Assembly (NCBI GenBank): GCA_003971905.1
Contig: RSEE01000099.1
Span: 62,001-126,000, forward strand
DNA: 64,000 nt
DNA from: Moniliella sp. 'wahieum'
Taxonomy: Eukaryota
Reading direction: 5' to 3'
Position 1 is the first letter of the stretch, and each line of letters starts with the position of its first letter. Positions 8,265 through 19,176 of this stretch are shown here, in pieces. A program made the translations under genes and the position numbers. Under the pieces are notes generated by a model. It had not been told where the DNA came from. It did no database searches and saw only the letters and a program-made list of their open reading frames with translations.

Positions 8265-11200
8265 ATGGAGCCAACGACAGCACAAGCTGTTGGCCTAGGG
8301 AGCCGGACGGGCAGAAGGATGAGGAGAAGGTGATGGATTGGAGCCAGAGTTGGGTCTGGGTACAGAGGCATCTATATAGGAGGCTGGACTAGGCACAGGG
8401 ACAGTGAGTCACACAGGAGAGAGTGCAGGGCACAGGGACAGTGACACGCAGGGACGTCAGCGTGGAAGCCGATGGAACCGAGGCGAACCTGGTCTACCGA
8501 CTGGGAGCCAGAGGATCACAGTCAACACCCCCGCTGGCCAGGGAACCCGGAGACATCGGTTGTGGGATGAGCTCCTGCCAGTGGATGTAGAGAGGGGAGG
8601 ACTTGAGTGGCAACCGGGACGAATGGCCTGGAGTTGTGCATGGCCACACGACTGGCCTACACCCCGCTGTCCAGGATGACACCTGAACGAGCCGAGCGCT
8701 TGTGGTTGGTGTATTGTGCGACCGCCAGATGCTTGTAGAAGTCTTAGAAGTAAAAGTAGTAGGGGTTGCGCCCCGAAGCGATTTGGTGGGCAAAAGTAAA
8801 AAGCACCAGTTATAGGTGTAGTGAAAGAAAATTGGAAACTTGGAGTAAATGCGGTCCAAGGTCGTTTGGCATCAAAATTGGATGCGTTTGGTAGTTGTTT
8901 GGTTCCGCATGCCTGGTGCCAGTGGGGTCCATTGGGCATGGGAAATGAACGGGCGCTATGCGTCAACCGTCTTGATCTGTTTGGGTTCTCTTTGTTGTTG
9001 AAAAAGAGGAGTGGAAGAAGTTGGGTGACCACCCCCCCCCATCCTTTCCCCAGGTGCCCCGGATGAATTGGCAATCCGGGGCGTGTAGCCGTGGGTGGGG
9101 CACTTGATGAGCAGCCACCCCCGCTTTCTGCGATTCGCCGCCTGCGCCGTTTTGTCGTTGGAGGAATTTCGTCTCGTTGACGATACCCGACACGTTTTGT
9201 TCCGTCGTGTGTTGTCCCTAAAAATCATTGCCCCATCTGTGGGGGACGAGTGTGCCGATTGTGGCGGTAGTATGCCGATTGTGGCGGTAGTATGCCGATT
9301 GTGGCGGTAAGGTGCCGATTGTGGCGGTGGTGTTGTTGGGCGGAGGACGGGTGTGTCTTGTGGGCTTGGCGGCTTAGCTTGGGCTTGTAGGCTTGGGGGT
9401 GGGCTTGCTTGAAGAGCGCTCCCCTTCCGGGGGATCAGATTGTAGCTCTGTTGGCCTAGGGAGCCGGACGGGCAGAAGGATGAGGAGAAGGTGATGGATT
9501 GGAGCCAGAGTTGGGTCTGGGTACAGAGGCATCTATATAGGAGGCTGGACTAGGCACAGGGACAGTGAGTCACACAGGAGAGAGTGCAGGGCACAGGGAC
9601 AGTGACACGCAGGGACGTCAGCGTGGAAGCCGATGGAACCGAGGCGAACCTGGTCTACCGACTGGGAGCCAGAGGATCACAGTCAACACCCCCGCTGGCC
9701 AGGGAACCCGGAGACATCGGTTGTGGGATGAGCTCCTGCCAGTGGATGTAGAGAGGGGAGGACTTGAGTGGCAACCGGGACGAATGGCCTGGAGTTGTGC
9801 ATGGCCACACGACTGGCCTACACAAGCATATGCATCCTCCCACACCCCATCCGCCCCCTGCGTCCCACGCGCCGGTACGGGCGTGGAGAGGACTTGCGCG
9901 CCGGGGGCAACGGCAATGGTAATGCCAGCGATCAACAGACACATTCCGATGCTGCTTTCTCTGTCGTTCTTTACGCCCCTCCTGCTGGCTTCGACTCCCA
10001 CCACCGCCCGCTCTACGCAGGCGCATGCGCCGAGGTCCAAGGCCATCTCACCTTTGACCCCACCAATGTGCGCAGTGTAACCATTGCCATCTCGGCCTGG
10101 GCCAGCGCCAAGGATGCTGATGCCGGCATGGGCCGCAGCGGCAGTCGCGGCTATGTGCGCAAGCCTATGTTTTCCATTCAGGAGTCCTTTTCCCCCGAGT
10201 TTGTGCCATGGAACACGGATGATGTCGTACTTTTGCAGCCCAACGCTTCCACCTTGGCCGACTTGCCTTTCAATTTGAGTTTCCCTCATGGCGTAGCCAA
10301 TGATGCATATGGCGATGGCCAGCTTGCCCGCGCCACCTTGCCACCCTCGTTCCTTGCTTGCGACGACCATCCCGATTCCGATACCCACAGCCTGCCCCCA
10401 CAACCTGGGAAACGCTCCCGCCTTGCTTCGCTCAACATGCTCAAACGCCTCGACCGCACCGACGAGGCCGATGTGCTGGGTGTCTGGTACGCGGTTGACA
10501 TCACCCTTCATCGTACCCACACCATCTCCACCCCCGCCGGGGACACCATCCACATTCCAGTTATTTTCCTCGGTGAACCTGGGCCGCTGCCCCCGGACCG
10601 ACTACCCTCCCCGCTGCCCCATGCTAGAGCCGGGGCAACCCCTTGCTCCTGGCTGGGCGGTGAGCACACACAAGACGCGTTGGGCCGCACCTTGTGCCAC
10701 CTCTTCCTGGTCAGTCCTCCCTCCTGAGGTGAGCGTTGAGCTGCACATGCCCGTAGCTCCGTTGGTGGCGGGGCGGGCGATGCCTTGTCTCCTGGTCCTC
10801 CCGACCTGAGGTGGACGAGCAGCTACCCGGGTCCCCCACCCGTCTACGGCAAGGGATGCCCTCCCCTCCCCTTTCAGCAGGAGAGAGGGAGAGTGAGCGC
10901 AGCATCCCATTTCTACGCCGGTTTGGGAGGAAAAAGGAGCGCCCGGGCTCAGATGAGTCAAGTTCCTCGCTCGAACATTCGCGACGCAAGTGGTGGAAGA
11001 TCTTGCCTCCCATATCGCTCTCACTCTTGTCCAAGTCCTACAGGCGGACGAGAACCATGTGCAGTCAGGCGCACGACCTCCTAGGATACATCTTCTTGCT
11101 CGCGCCGCTCTGCAGGAGGTCCCTGGCTCCGCCGGTGCTCGTGTCTTGGCCGGAAGCCTGACCGTGCCCCCTCTCACCACCCCCAGCTTTCGCTGTGCTG

Positions 11201-11385
11201 CCGTCGTACTGGAACATGCCATTAAACTCGACCTCCTCTCCCCCTCCAAGGTGGCCAAGATCGTCGAAGTTGATGGTCCCCTTATTGACCCGGCGAGCGC
11301 CACGGACCTGTCCTTCTTACGGAGCTTTCGTCTTACCAAGTCCCAAGGCACACTTTGGGTCGATTGTAAGGTTCAGCATAGCTGA
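8265..11385 (+). CDS. Arrestin-fold-like protein, interrupted after codon 7 by the LTR element (coding 8265-8287 + 9828-11385, with frameshifts)
   Basis: Removing the element and one TSD copy restores ATG-MEPTTAQAYASSH. Downstream are PLYAG..EVQGHLTF, LPFNLSFP, TLPPSF and VWYAVDITLHR, plus C-terminal LTTPSFRCAAVVLEHAIKLDL, resembling fungal arrestin-like proteins. Confidence 0.55.
8288..8661 (-). repeat. 3' LTR of TRIM-like element
   Basis: Direct repeat of 9449-9822, TG...CA termini. Confidence 0.95.
9251..9330. repeat. Tandem 20-bp repeat x4 (TATGCCGATTGTGGCGGTAG consensus)
   Basis: Visible 20-nt periodicity inside the TRIM internal region. Confidence 0.95.
9449..9822 (-). repeat. 5' LTR of TRIM-like element
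   Basis: Direct repeat of 8288-8661, TG...CA termini. Confidence 0.95.
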
Positions 11386-11838
11386 ACCCTCCCCCCTCTC
11401 CCATACACATCACATGCCACACGCTCTTTTTGTATCTGCATTCTTCATCTTTTTGCCCCACCTGTTTGTTCTCGTACTGCGGTAGGCCCAGGGAGGCGGA
11501 CGTGTGGCGAGTGTGATTTTGGTTGGCGAGTGCCGTAACTCATTGTTCCGCAATCCATGGGCCCGTCCATCCGGGCAAATCAGAGGACAGCGGGTTTGTT
11601 ATTCTTTCATTGGCCTCATCAATGATGACCATCCCTCAGGCTTCATCAGTCTGCGTCCATCACATATAGCGCATCCATTGTTGTGATCTGAATCTGGCAG
11701 AGTGCGATTTGGGAGCACTCGTGATCCTATGGATCACTGCAAAGCAACCTTCAGACAAGGCATGAAGGCGAACTTGTGAGCCACAAGTCTCCAAGCAACA
11801 CGATATTCCAGAAACGAAATAATCAGGATACCAAAAAA

Positions 11839-11935
11839 AGGTCCCACTGGGATTCGAACCCAGGTTTCAGGAAGATGATAGTCATCAGAAAGATGCATCA
11901 GAATCCTACTTGCTAACCAACTACAATATGGAACC
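11839..11935 (-). tRNA. trnQ-CTG: tRNA-Gln(CTG) with 24-nt intron (11874-11897)
   Basis: GGTTCCA acceptor stem, D-arm TTGTAGTTGGTTAGCAA, anticodon arm TAGGA-TTCTGA^T-TCCTG, T-arm CTGGGTTCGAATCCCAG, and an oligo-T Pol III terminator (A-run 11833-11838 on +). Confidence 0.93.
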
Positions 11936-12497
11936 GTTGAAGGACCGTGGAAATCTTTCGGGTAAAACCAAATACCACGCGGAAAACTGAAATGAAGCAT
12001 CCGTGCTTTGTTTGGGGTACCAGGCATGAATGGATGAATGGAACCAAGTTGCACCATGACTTACACAACATCACCGGGCACCTAATGCACAATGAAGTTT
12101 GAGTCCGTTTAGGGAGAAGGAAGAAACGGGTGCTAATGTTGACCAGATATCCATGGGGAGTCTTCTATGGAGCGCTCCCTCTCCGACTCCTGCGGCGCAC
12201 AATGACTTTCCTGGGGCTGAGATCTGATATCTGACCGATGACCTTCTGACCTGTGACCTGTTCGTCTACCTCGTCTGCATCATCGATCATCGATCATCGA
12301 CCATCCGTCAAGTATCAGCGTTCAGCGTACGTTCAGCGCACAAGCTTGCCAAAAGCAAAGGAAAATAAAATAAAAGTGAGTTGCACCGATTGCGTGGGAG
12401 GGGCAGACAAGTGGCTGCCCACCTATTTTTTTTGCCAGCTGGCTTGTCAGTGGGTCGTCTCCACCACACCTGCCCTCAGGCCTCGTTATCGCTTGTT

Positions 12498-13276
12498 ATG
12501 CCGCAGAACGAGTACATCGAGGAGCACATCCCCGTCATGGTCGCCGCATGGACCATGAGGAGCGGATGCGCAAGAAGGAGGCCCGTATGGTCCACAAACA
12601 CTCAGCCATTGCTCAAAGCACCAAGGGTTGGAAGGCCAAGATGCTCAACAAGAAGCGCCGTGCCGAGAAATCCAGATGAAGAAGACGATCAAGCCCATGA
12701 GGAGCGTAATGTCAAACAGGCCTCGGCACCTGCAGACGAGTCCGAAGCTCGACCTGCCTATCTTCTGGACCGTGAGGGTGAGCGCGACGCCAAAGCTCCT
12801 CGTCGGCAGTCAAGGAGCGTAGGAAGGACAAGGCCGCTCGATTTGCTGTGCCCCTACCGCAGGTGAGGGGTATTGCCGAGGACGAGGCATTTAAGGTGGT
12901 ACCTCTGGAAACGCAACTCGAACGCGTGGAAACGCATGGTCACCAAGGCCACCTTTGTCGGCGATGGATTTACCCGGAAACCCCCCAAGCTCGAACGCTT
13001 CATCCGGCCCTCGGGTTGCGCTTCAAGAAGGCCCACATCACTCACCCTGACCTCAAGGCTACCTTCCAACTGCCCATCTTGGGCGTCAAAAGAACCCTCA
13101 GTCGCCCATGTACACGCAGTGGGCGTGCTGACCAAGGGTACCATCATTGAGGTAAACGTGTCCGACCTGGGCATGGTTACCACAGGCGGCAAGGTGGTTT
13201 GGGGCAAGTATGCACAGGTGACCAACAATCCCGAGAATGACGGTGCGTGAACGGCGTACTGCTCCTGTCCGAGTAA
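12498..13276 (+). CDS. NSA2: Ribosome biogenesis protein NSA2 (several apparent frameshifts)
   Basis: [88 protein letters not shown]. Confidence 0.96.
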
Positions 13277-13339
13277 GCTGTGGGCTGGATAACCATGTGT
13301 CTATATTATTATCACATCTGGACTGCTTGTTACTATTGG

Positions 13340-15834
13340 ACTGATTGCGTGGAGTATCGACAGGTGCTTTTGATGAAGTAGATGGAAAGAGCGTTGGGCG
13401 GGCCGATCAAACTGGTGGTGGAGTTGGCTTCATATTCTCCATTGGCACTCGAGGGTGGTGACTGTATGAATTTACGAGCGGACGAGGTTGGGAACAAAAG
13501 AAATGTACGCTTGCAATCTTGGCTCTCTTCCGCGACATTTCCCTTATTGCTCTGCTCTTGACACCTGCATCCTTCCCTCCCTTCTCCTTTTATTTGCTGC
13601 TAACTTTACTCCTGGCAGTTTCATTCCGACAGGATGGCCATATACCTCGTCGTAGCAAGTTCACAATGATATAAAGTTGATCTCATGAGCTGCACAGCCA
13701 AGTGATGATACATGATTTTCTCTATATGGCTGTATGCCCCCCTTCGTCAACATCCCTCGCGTGGTTGCCATATGCTTTTTCCATGGGGTGGACTCATCAA
13801 TTGTATCAATGGACTCGCCCGGGATTTCGGTTGGCACCGATATGCATTTCCTGTCATTAATGTAAGTAGCACCGTCGGCCACATCCCTGTCTATATGACA
13901 GTTTGTTGCAGTCCTCGATATAATTCCAGAGTAAGCGACCGATTGCGTGAAGAGTGTCATAGCCACCTCACCCTCAATGCATCCCCCAGGACTCGAGCAT
14001 GGTAGAAGTACAGAGAACCTTTTGGGCGGGGTGAGATTGAGAAGCGAGGACCATGACGGTGCCAAAATGGCGGCGGCGAATGTAGTCAGCGAGAAGTGTC
14101 TCTACGCAGGTATTGTTGGTGACGCCTTGGAGCGAGAAGGGGGTAAGGGTTAGATTGTCAAGTCCATGCTGCCAGTCAAGAATGTGAGGTGCAAGCGGCG
14201 TGTACGTTAACTCTTCGGCCATGAGCGGAAGTAATACGCATCCCGCCAAGGATGGTGTTGGTTTGAAAGGAGAGATCCGTGAGGATGCAATGCGGACTAC
14301 TGCTAAAAATCCGGGCCGCGGTGTATTTGTCCTGAAAGTGCATGCTTGTAGTTACCCAAGATACAGATGCTTGTCCATTTTTCGTCGGCTGATAATCCGA
14401 TGGCCATTAGCGTCTCGCTTTCGGGAAAGAGGAACCATGATTGAAGCGATGACACGTCAATGTGGAACAAGGAAAGGTCAGTCCCAATCTTGTCAAAAAA
14501 GAGATGTCAAGATTCAAATACGAACCTGTTCTTTCGCGAGCCGGGCATGAGCCTGCTGACGGGTGGTGTCCATGTTGGCAAAGGCAATTGTAAATGATGA
14601 ACCTTTTCCAGACCTGCGAATTTGGTGCGGTCCATCAGCATTCGTTGCCATGACCAAACCGTGGCTCCCGTCTGCTTGTGGACTGCCACCACCCGCTCTG
14701 GTGTACTCATGCCCAGGAACAAATACTCGTCATCAGCGCCCAAACGTGTCATCAAGGGGGGTCTGGGGGTCTGGGACAGAGACGCGCCATCCCAACGAAT
14801 TGGATTCCCTTGTATCCCAGTCGCAAGGTGTACACGCGCACTGTGGCAAACTGGTTCGGGTCTCTGTATCCGTTATCAGAAGGCAAGCAGACAGGAAAGA
14901 AGAGGCAGATTGATACATACGCGATGTAAAAGTGGGGAGGAACAATTGCACCATGTCGAAACGGGCGATACCTCTGATCATAGCCAACTTCGAACAGATC
15001 CGTGTGACTCTTTTTCTTATAGTCATAAAACAGTGGCAGAGTACATCCAGGTTGAGGTCCCACCTCTTCAGAGTCCGATGAGAATATTAGAGTTGAATTA
15101 TACAAGACATTGGGGCAGGACGTACCTTGGAGCCACAACGCGACGAGCCACCGACCTCTTGCTACTCCGCCATCCAGTTCCTTGGGATATATGTAAGTCT
15201 TCTGAGGAGTATCTCCCGGATCCTCTTCGGGGACGTATCCCCACAAAGAGAAATCGGCGTGGATCCGAGCATCCGGATCCCGTGTCCAGCCCTCTGCATC
15301 GGTCCAAGAACAGCTCCCTGGGCCGTGACGATCGTTGCACGCACAAATGGGTAGCGTAAACTGACCTTCAGTCCCCACATCTGCCTCGTCTTGACCCCTA
15401 CAAAGCCGATCAGCATCCACGGGGGCGGGGAGGAGGCGCTTTGCCTGAAGACGCTCGCCAAGTATGTTCCAGCCGAGGAAACGTTCGCCCAACAGGCACA
15501 GTAGACTAACGCACCCCAGGACGAAACCTTACCGACGACCCCAGTTGGAGGGCTGCATCAGCTAAGGAAGCATCCTTGGGTATTTGCAGAACACGGCATG
15601 CGAGGATGCGCCAGACATGGTCATCGTGCAAGATCTGCAGGAAGCCTGGGGGAGAAGGTTTTGGGGGACAGGCTGTCGTCTGTGACGCTCTCTGCGGTAC
15701 AACCGATGAGACATACGCTTGCATGTCCAGGCGAGCTGGACGATGTCTGCGGGAGCAAGGATGCCACAGACTGCTATGTATTGCACCAGCTCGACGGGGA
15801 TGCATTCCAGCTGGCGGAACGTGTTGCTGGTCAT
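13340..15834 (-). CDS. Putative F-box domain protein (fragmented; 3' end uncertain)
   Basis: N-terminal LECIPVELVQYIAV..LAPADIVQLAWTCKRM...DDHVWRILAC resembles an F-box. Consecutive minus-strand ORF fragments continue to ~13.4 kb. Confidence 0.5.
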
Positions 15835-16073
15835 CGCTCCCAGGCAGGCGGCGTTGGTGGTGATGGCGATGGTGGTGGATCCACCGGAGATGCGCTCGGA
15901 CCCACTGAATCGCTCCGCCAGTGGCGGCGCAAACGAGAAATGACAATGACGTGGCCTTACGTACGCGCGGTCGGACCCTCGCCCCGGACGCAACCGGCCG
16001 CTTGTCTTCGATGGCTGCCTCTGCTTCGCCCCCACCACGGCTGCCCCTCCCGTTCGTCTGAGCCGAGGCGCCG

Positions 16074-18572
16074 ATGACTGCTCCCTACCTTCTCTCTGCC
16101 CAGCTGCACGGCCACACCGCCGACGTGCGCGGTGTCGCCACCGCCACCCTCGCTGGCGGCCACCTGATCTTGTCTGGCTCGCGCGACGGCACTGGCCGCC
16201 TGTGGCATCGTCCCGGTTCGGCCACGTCGGGCGAAGTGTGCCCGCAACGGTGCTGACGGGCCACCAAGGGTTTGTGAATGCGGTCGCATTTTGGCGCCAG
16301 TCTGGTGGTCTGTTTGCTGTCACGGCCGGGCAGGACAAGACGGTGCGGGTGTACTCGGTGGCGCATGCTGGGGATGCGGTGGCCGCCGCGCAGGAACCGG
16401 CCGCGATCTTGACTGGCCACACGGAGAATGTGTGTGCGCTCGCTTCCGGTCCTGCTCCCGCGGGAATGGCAGCTGGCTAGTGAGTGCCAGTTGGGACAAG
16501 ACGGCCAAAGTATGGAAAGAGGATGGGACGTTGGTAGCAACTCTCAAGGGCCATGAGATGGCTGTGTGGGCGGTGCTTCTTTTGCCTTCCGGCCAAGTCC
16601 TCACCGCCTCGGCCGACAAGACGATTCGGCTGTGGGATCCATTGCGCCCTCAAGCCCCGCTAGCCGTGTTTATGGGCCACAAGGATGCTGTGCGCGGACT
16701 AGCGTTGCTCTCCCCCTCCCGGTTTGCTAGCTGCGGTAACGACGGCACCATTGCGATCTACACACTTGAGGTGGTGACGGACGATTCGGTCAATCGGCCG
16801 GTGCAAACCCTTTCAGGGCACACCTCCTTTGTCTACAGCTTGACGCTCATCCCCAACTCGGAGGGGCAACTTGCCTCGTCGGGAGAAGACCGATCTGTAC
16901 GGTCTGGTCTCCTGAGGGCTCAGTGGCGCAGACGATCACGCTGCCTGCAATTTCTGTGTGGGCGATTGCTGCCCTTGACGATGGCGACTTGGTCACCGCT
17001 ACCAACGATGGTGTTGTCCGCGTCTTCTCGCGCAACCCAGCGCACAAGGCTTCAGCTGCCGAGATCGAGGTTGGTCTGTTTCCTGGTCATTTTTTCATGT
17101 ACTAACCCTTCCCCCCCTCGGTCGGTTACCTCAGACGTATGACGCCGCAGTAGCTTCTCAAGAACTTAACAAGGCTCAAATTGGCGATGTCAAGGTATCT
17201 CAACTCCCTGGCATCGAAGCGCTCCAACAAGCCGGCAAGAACGAGGGAGATGTCAAGATGGTTCGCAGCGCCGATGGGAGTAAGGCGAGGCATACCAGTG
17301 GACCATGGGAACATGGCAAAAGGTGGGAGACGTTGTGGGCGGGGTGAGCAAGAAGCAGAAGCAGCTGTTTGATGGCAAAGAGTGGGACTATGTGTTTGAT
17401 GTGGACGTGCAAGAAGGTGCACCGCCTCTGAAGCTGCCGTACAACGTCAATGAAAACGCATATGTTGCCGCCCAGCGTTTCTTGGAGCGCAACGAACTCC
17501 CTCTTTCCTTTTGGAGCAGGTAGTCCAGTTCATTGACAAGAACACTGATGGCGCCTCCTCTGCCCAGGCTGGGTCCGGTTTCCGCGACCCTTACACTGGT
17601 GCATCCAGCTATGCTCCTTCGGGCTCTGCGCCGCGCGCAGGTACCTCCTCTACCACCGGATACGCCGACCCTTTCACTGGTGGGGGTAGCTATCGTCCTA
17701 CCTCTGCTCCTCCGGCTCCTGTGCAACCCGCTACCGACCCTTACACTGGTGTCGCCCTGGGTCGGCCTAAGGTACTTCCCCAACGATCAGGACTTCAATT
17801 CAGTGCGTTCAAGGCGGCGCCCGTAAAGACGAAACTGGCTACGCTTGCTGTGGATGCAGGGCAGCAAGGCTCGCTGGACGTTCTGACGGGTGTGGTGGAC
17901 AAGGTGGGCGCCGGGACAGCGCTTTCGTCGACCGATCTGTCCGAGTTGGAAGCGAGTCTACTGCAATGGCCCAGTGAGGCACGTTTCCCGCTCTTGGACA
18001 CTTACCGTCGTGCGGTGTTGAGTGGGGAGGGGATCGATGTACTGCAGGTGGCGCGTGTGGCGTTCCAAGCTGCGGACTGGGGGGCGTGGGGCGACGCTCA
18101 TCCGAGCAAAGTGCAAGAAACGAATGCGATGCTGGCGCTGCGAGCGGTGGCGAATGCGTTGGCTGCAGCGGGTCCTTCAGCGTCAGGTCCGGCGCTGGAT
18201 GGGATCACTAACCTGATCCTCTCTGGGCAATCGGGATTGTTGGCCGGGAAGCCTGCGCGGGTGGCATTAGGGACGGTGGTGCTGAACCTGGTTGTGGCGA
18301 TGGATGGGACGGCGTCGGCTGTTGCCGGGGAAGGGATTGTGCGTTTGACCACCTCGGCGCTTGCGTCGGAGATGGAGCGTGGGTCTGAAGCAGATTCCGA
18401 GGCTTCGTACCGCTTGGTTGTTGCCGCTGGCTCGCTGGCGACAGGGCCCGCGCACGGCTCGCTGCCTGCCGAGGGGGTGATGGTGGTGCAGGAGGTGGCG
18501 CGGGCAGTGGCGCAGCAGTTTGCTAGCGAGCCGCGCTTTGGCGATCTGCTGGCGGAACTCAAGGCGCTTTGA
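16074..18572 (+). CDS. DOA1: Doa1/Ufd3/PLAA WD40-PFU-PUL ubiquitin-binding Cdc48 cofactor; intron 17070-17134
   Basis: YLLSAQLHGHTADVRGV, WD repeats (SASWDKTAKVW, TASADKTIRLW, GHTSFVYSL), PFU motif GKEWDYVFDVDVQEGAPPLKLPYN, DPYTG repeats and a helical PUL-like C-terminus; GTTGGT...TACTAAC...CAG intron. Confidence 0.93.
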
Positions 18573-19176
18573 ACCGGGAGATGGGTTGGCATTGCATCCC
18601 CCGCATGGTACCTATGCTGGCTCATGCCCAGCTAGAACGGGAGGAGCAGAGGCAGGGCTGCCGCGTAGCAGGCAGCAGGCAGCAGCCGGCACGATACGTC
18701 GGCAGGACTGGAGATAGCAGCTGCGGGCGTGAAAACGGCGACTTGCGTCTGAGCCAGAGACCGTCGCCCAAGGAAAGGCAGCGCAAGGGAGACAGGGCTG
18801 AGAGACAGGACTGGCGAGAAGAACTGGCCAAATGGGAGGCCATCGCCAGCCCATGTCGTGCCTGTCCCAGGAAGGGCCCGCGTGCACACACCGATCCATA
18901 CGCACAGGGCAAAGAACCGAGGCTTGGGTGTGTCATGCAATACAAAGACCGCTGTCGGGAACGCACGCCGACGCGGGCTGGTGGGGGCGGAGCTAGGGTT
19001 TCAGCCGAGCCGCACCAGAGCAGTGCGTAATTCGTCCCCCCGCACACGCGGGCCACTTTTGCCCATTGCACGTGCCATGTTCCTACAGCTCGTTGCCGGC
19101 CGGAAGAATCTCCTCCGACCCACCCTGCCCCAACCAACGCCATCCGCACCGCTCGCACCTCCCCTCCCGCCCCCCC

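Larger units (their letters stand above)
8288..9822 (-). mobile_element. Small non-autonomous LTR retrotransposon (TRIM-like, probably copia-derived), 1535 bp
   Basis: Two apparently identical 374-bp LTRs (TGTTGGCC...GGCCTACA). TSD CAAGC at 8283-8287 and 9823-9827. Minus-strand PPT GGACAGCGGGG at 8662-8672. The 787-bp internal region has no intact pol. Confidence 0.92.

Noticed and set aside
8404..8679. Duplicated ORF MSHTGESAGH... (also at 9565)
   Set aside because: Lies within the LTR and starts at GTG; not an independent gene duplication.
9251..9330. Regular short repeats resembling a CRISPR array
   Set aside because: Head-to-tail 20-mers with no unique spacers, in a eukaryotic LTR element; no cas genes.
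11622..11691. Possible C/D-box snoRNA (ATGATGA...CTGA, 70 nt)
   Set aside because: No terminal stem, and no convincing guide directly upstream of the D box; needs a snoscan/Infernal run.
8288..11935. tRNA-gene-targeted integration of the LTR elements
   Set aside because: The elements lie 2-6 kb away on the 3' side of the tRNA gene, unlike upstream-targeting Ty1/Ty3 patterns.
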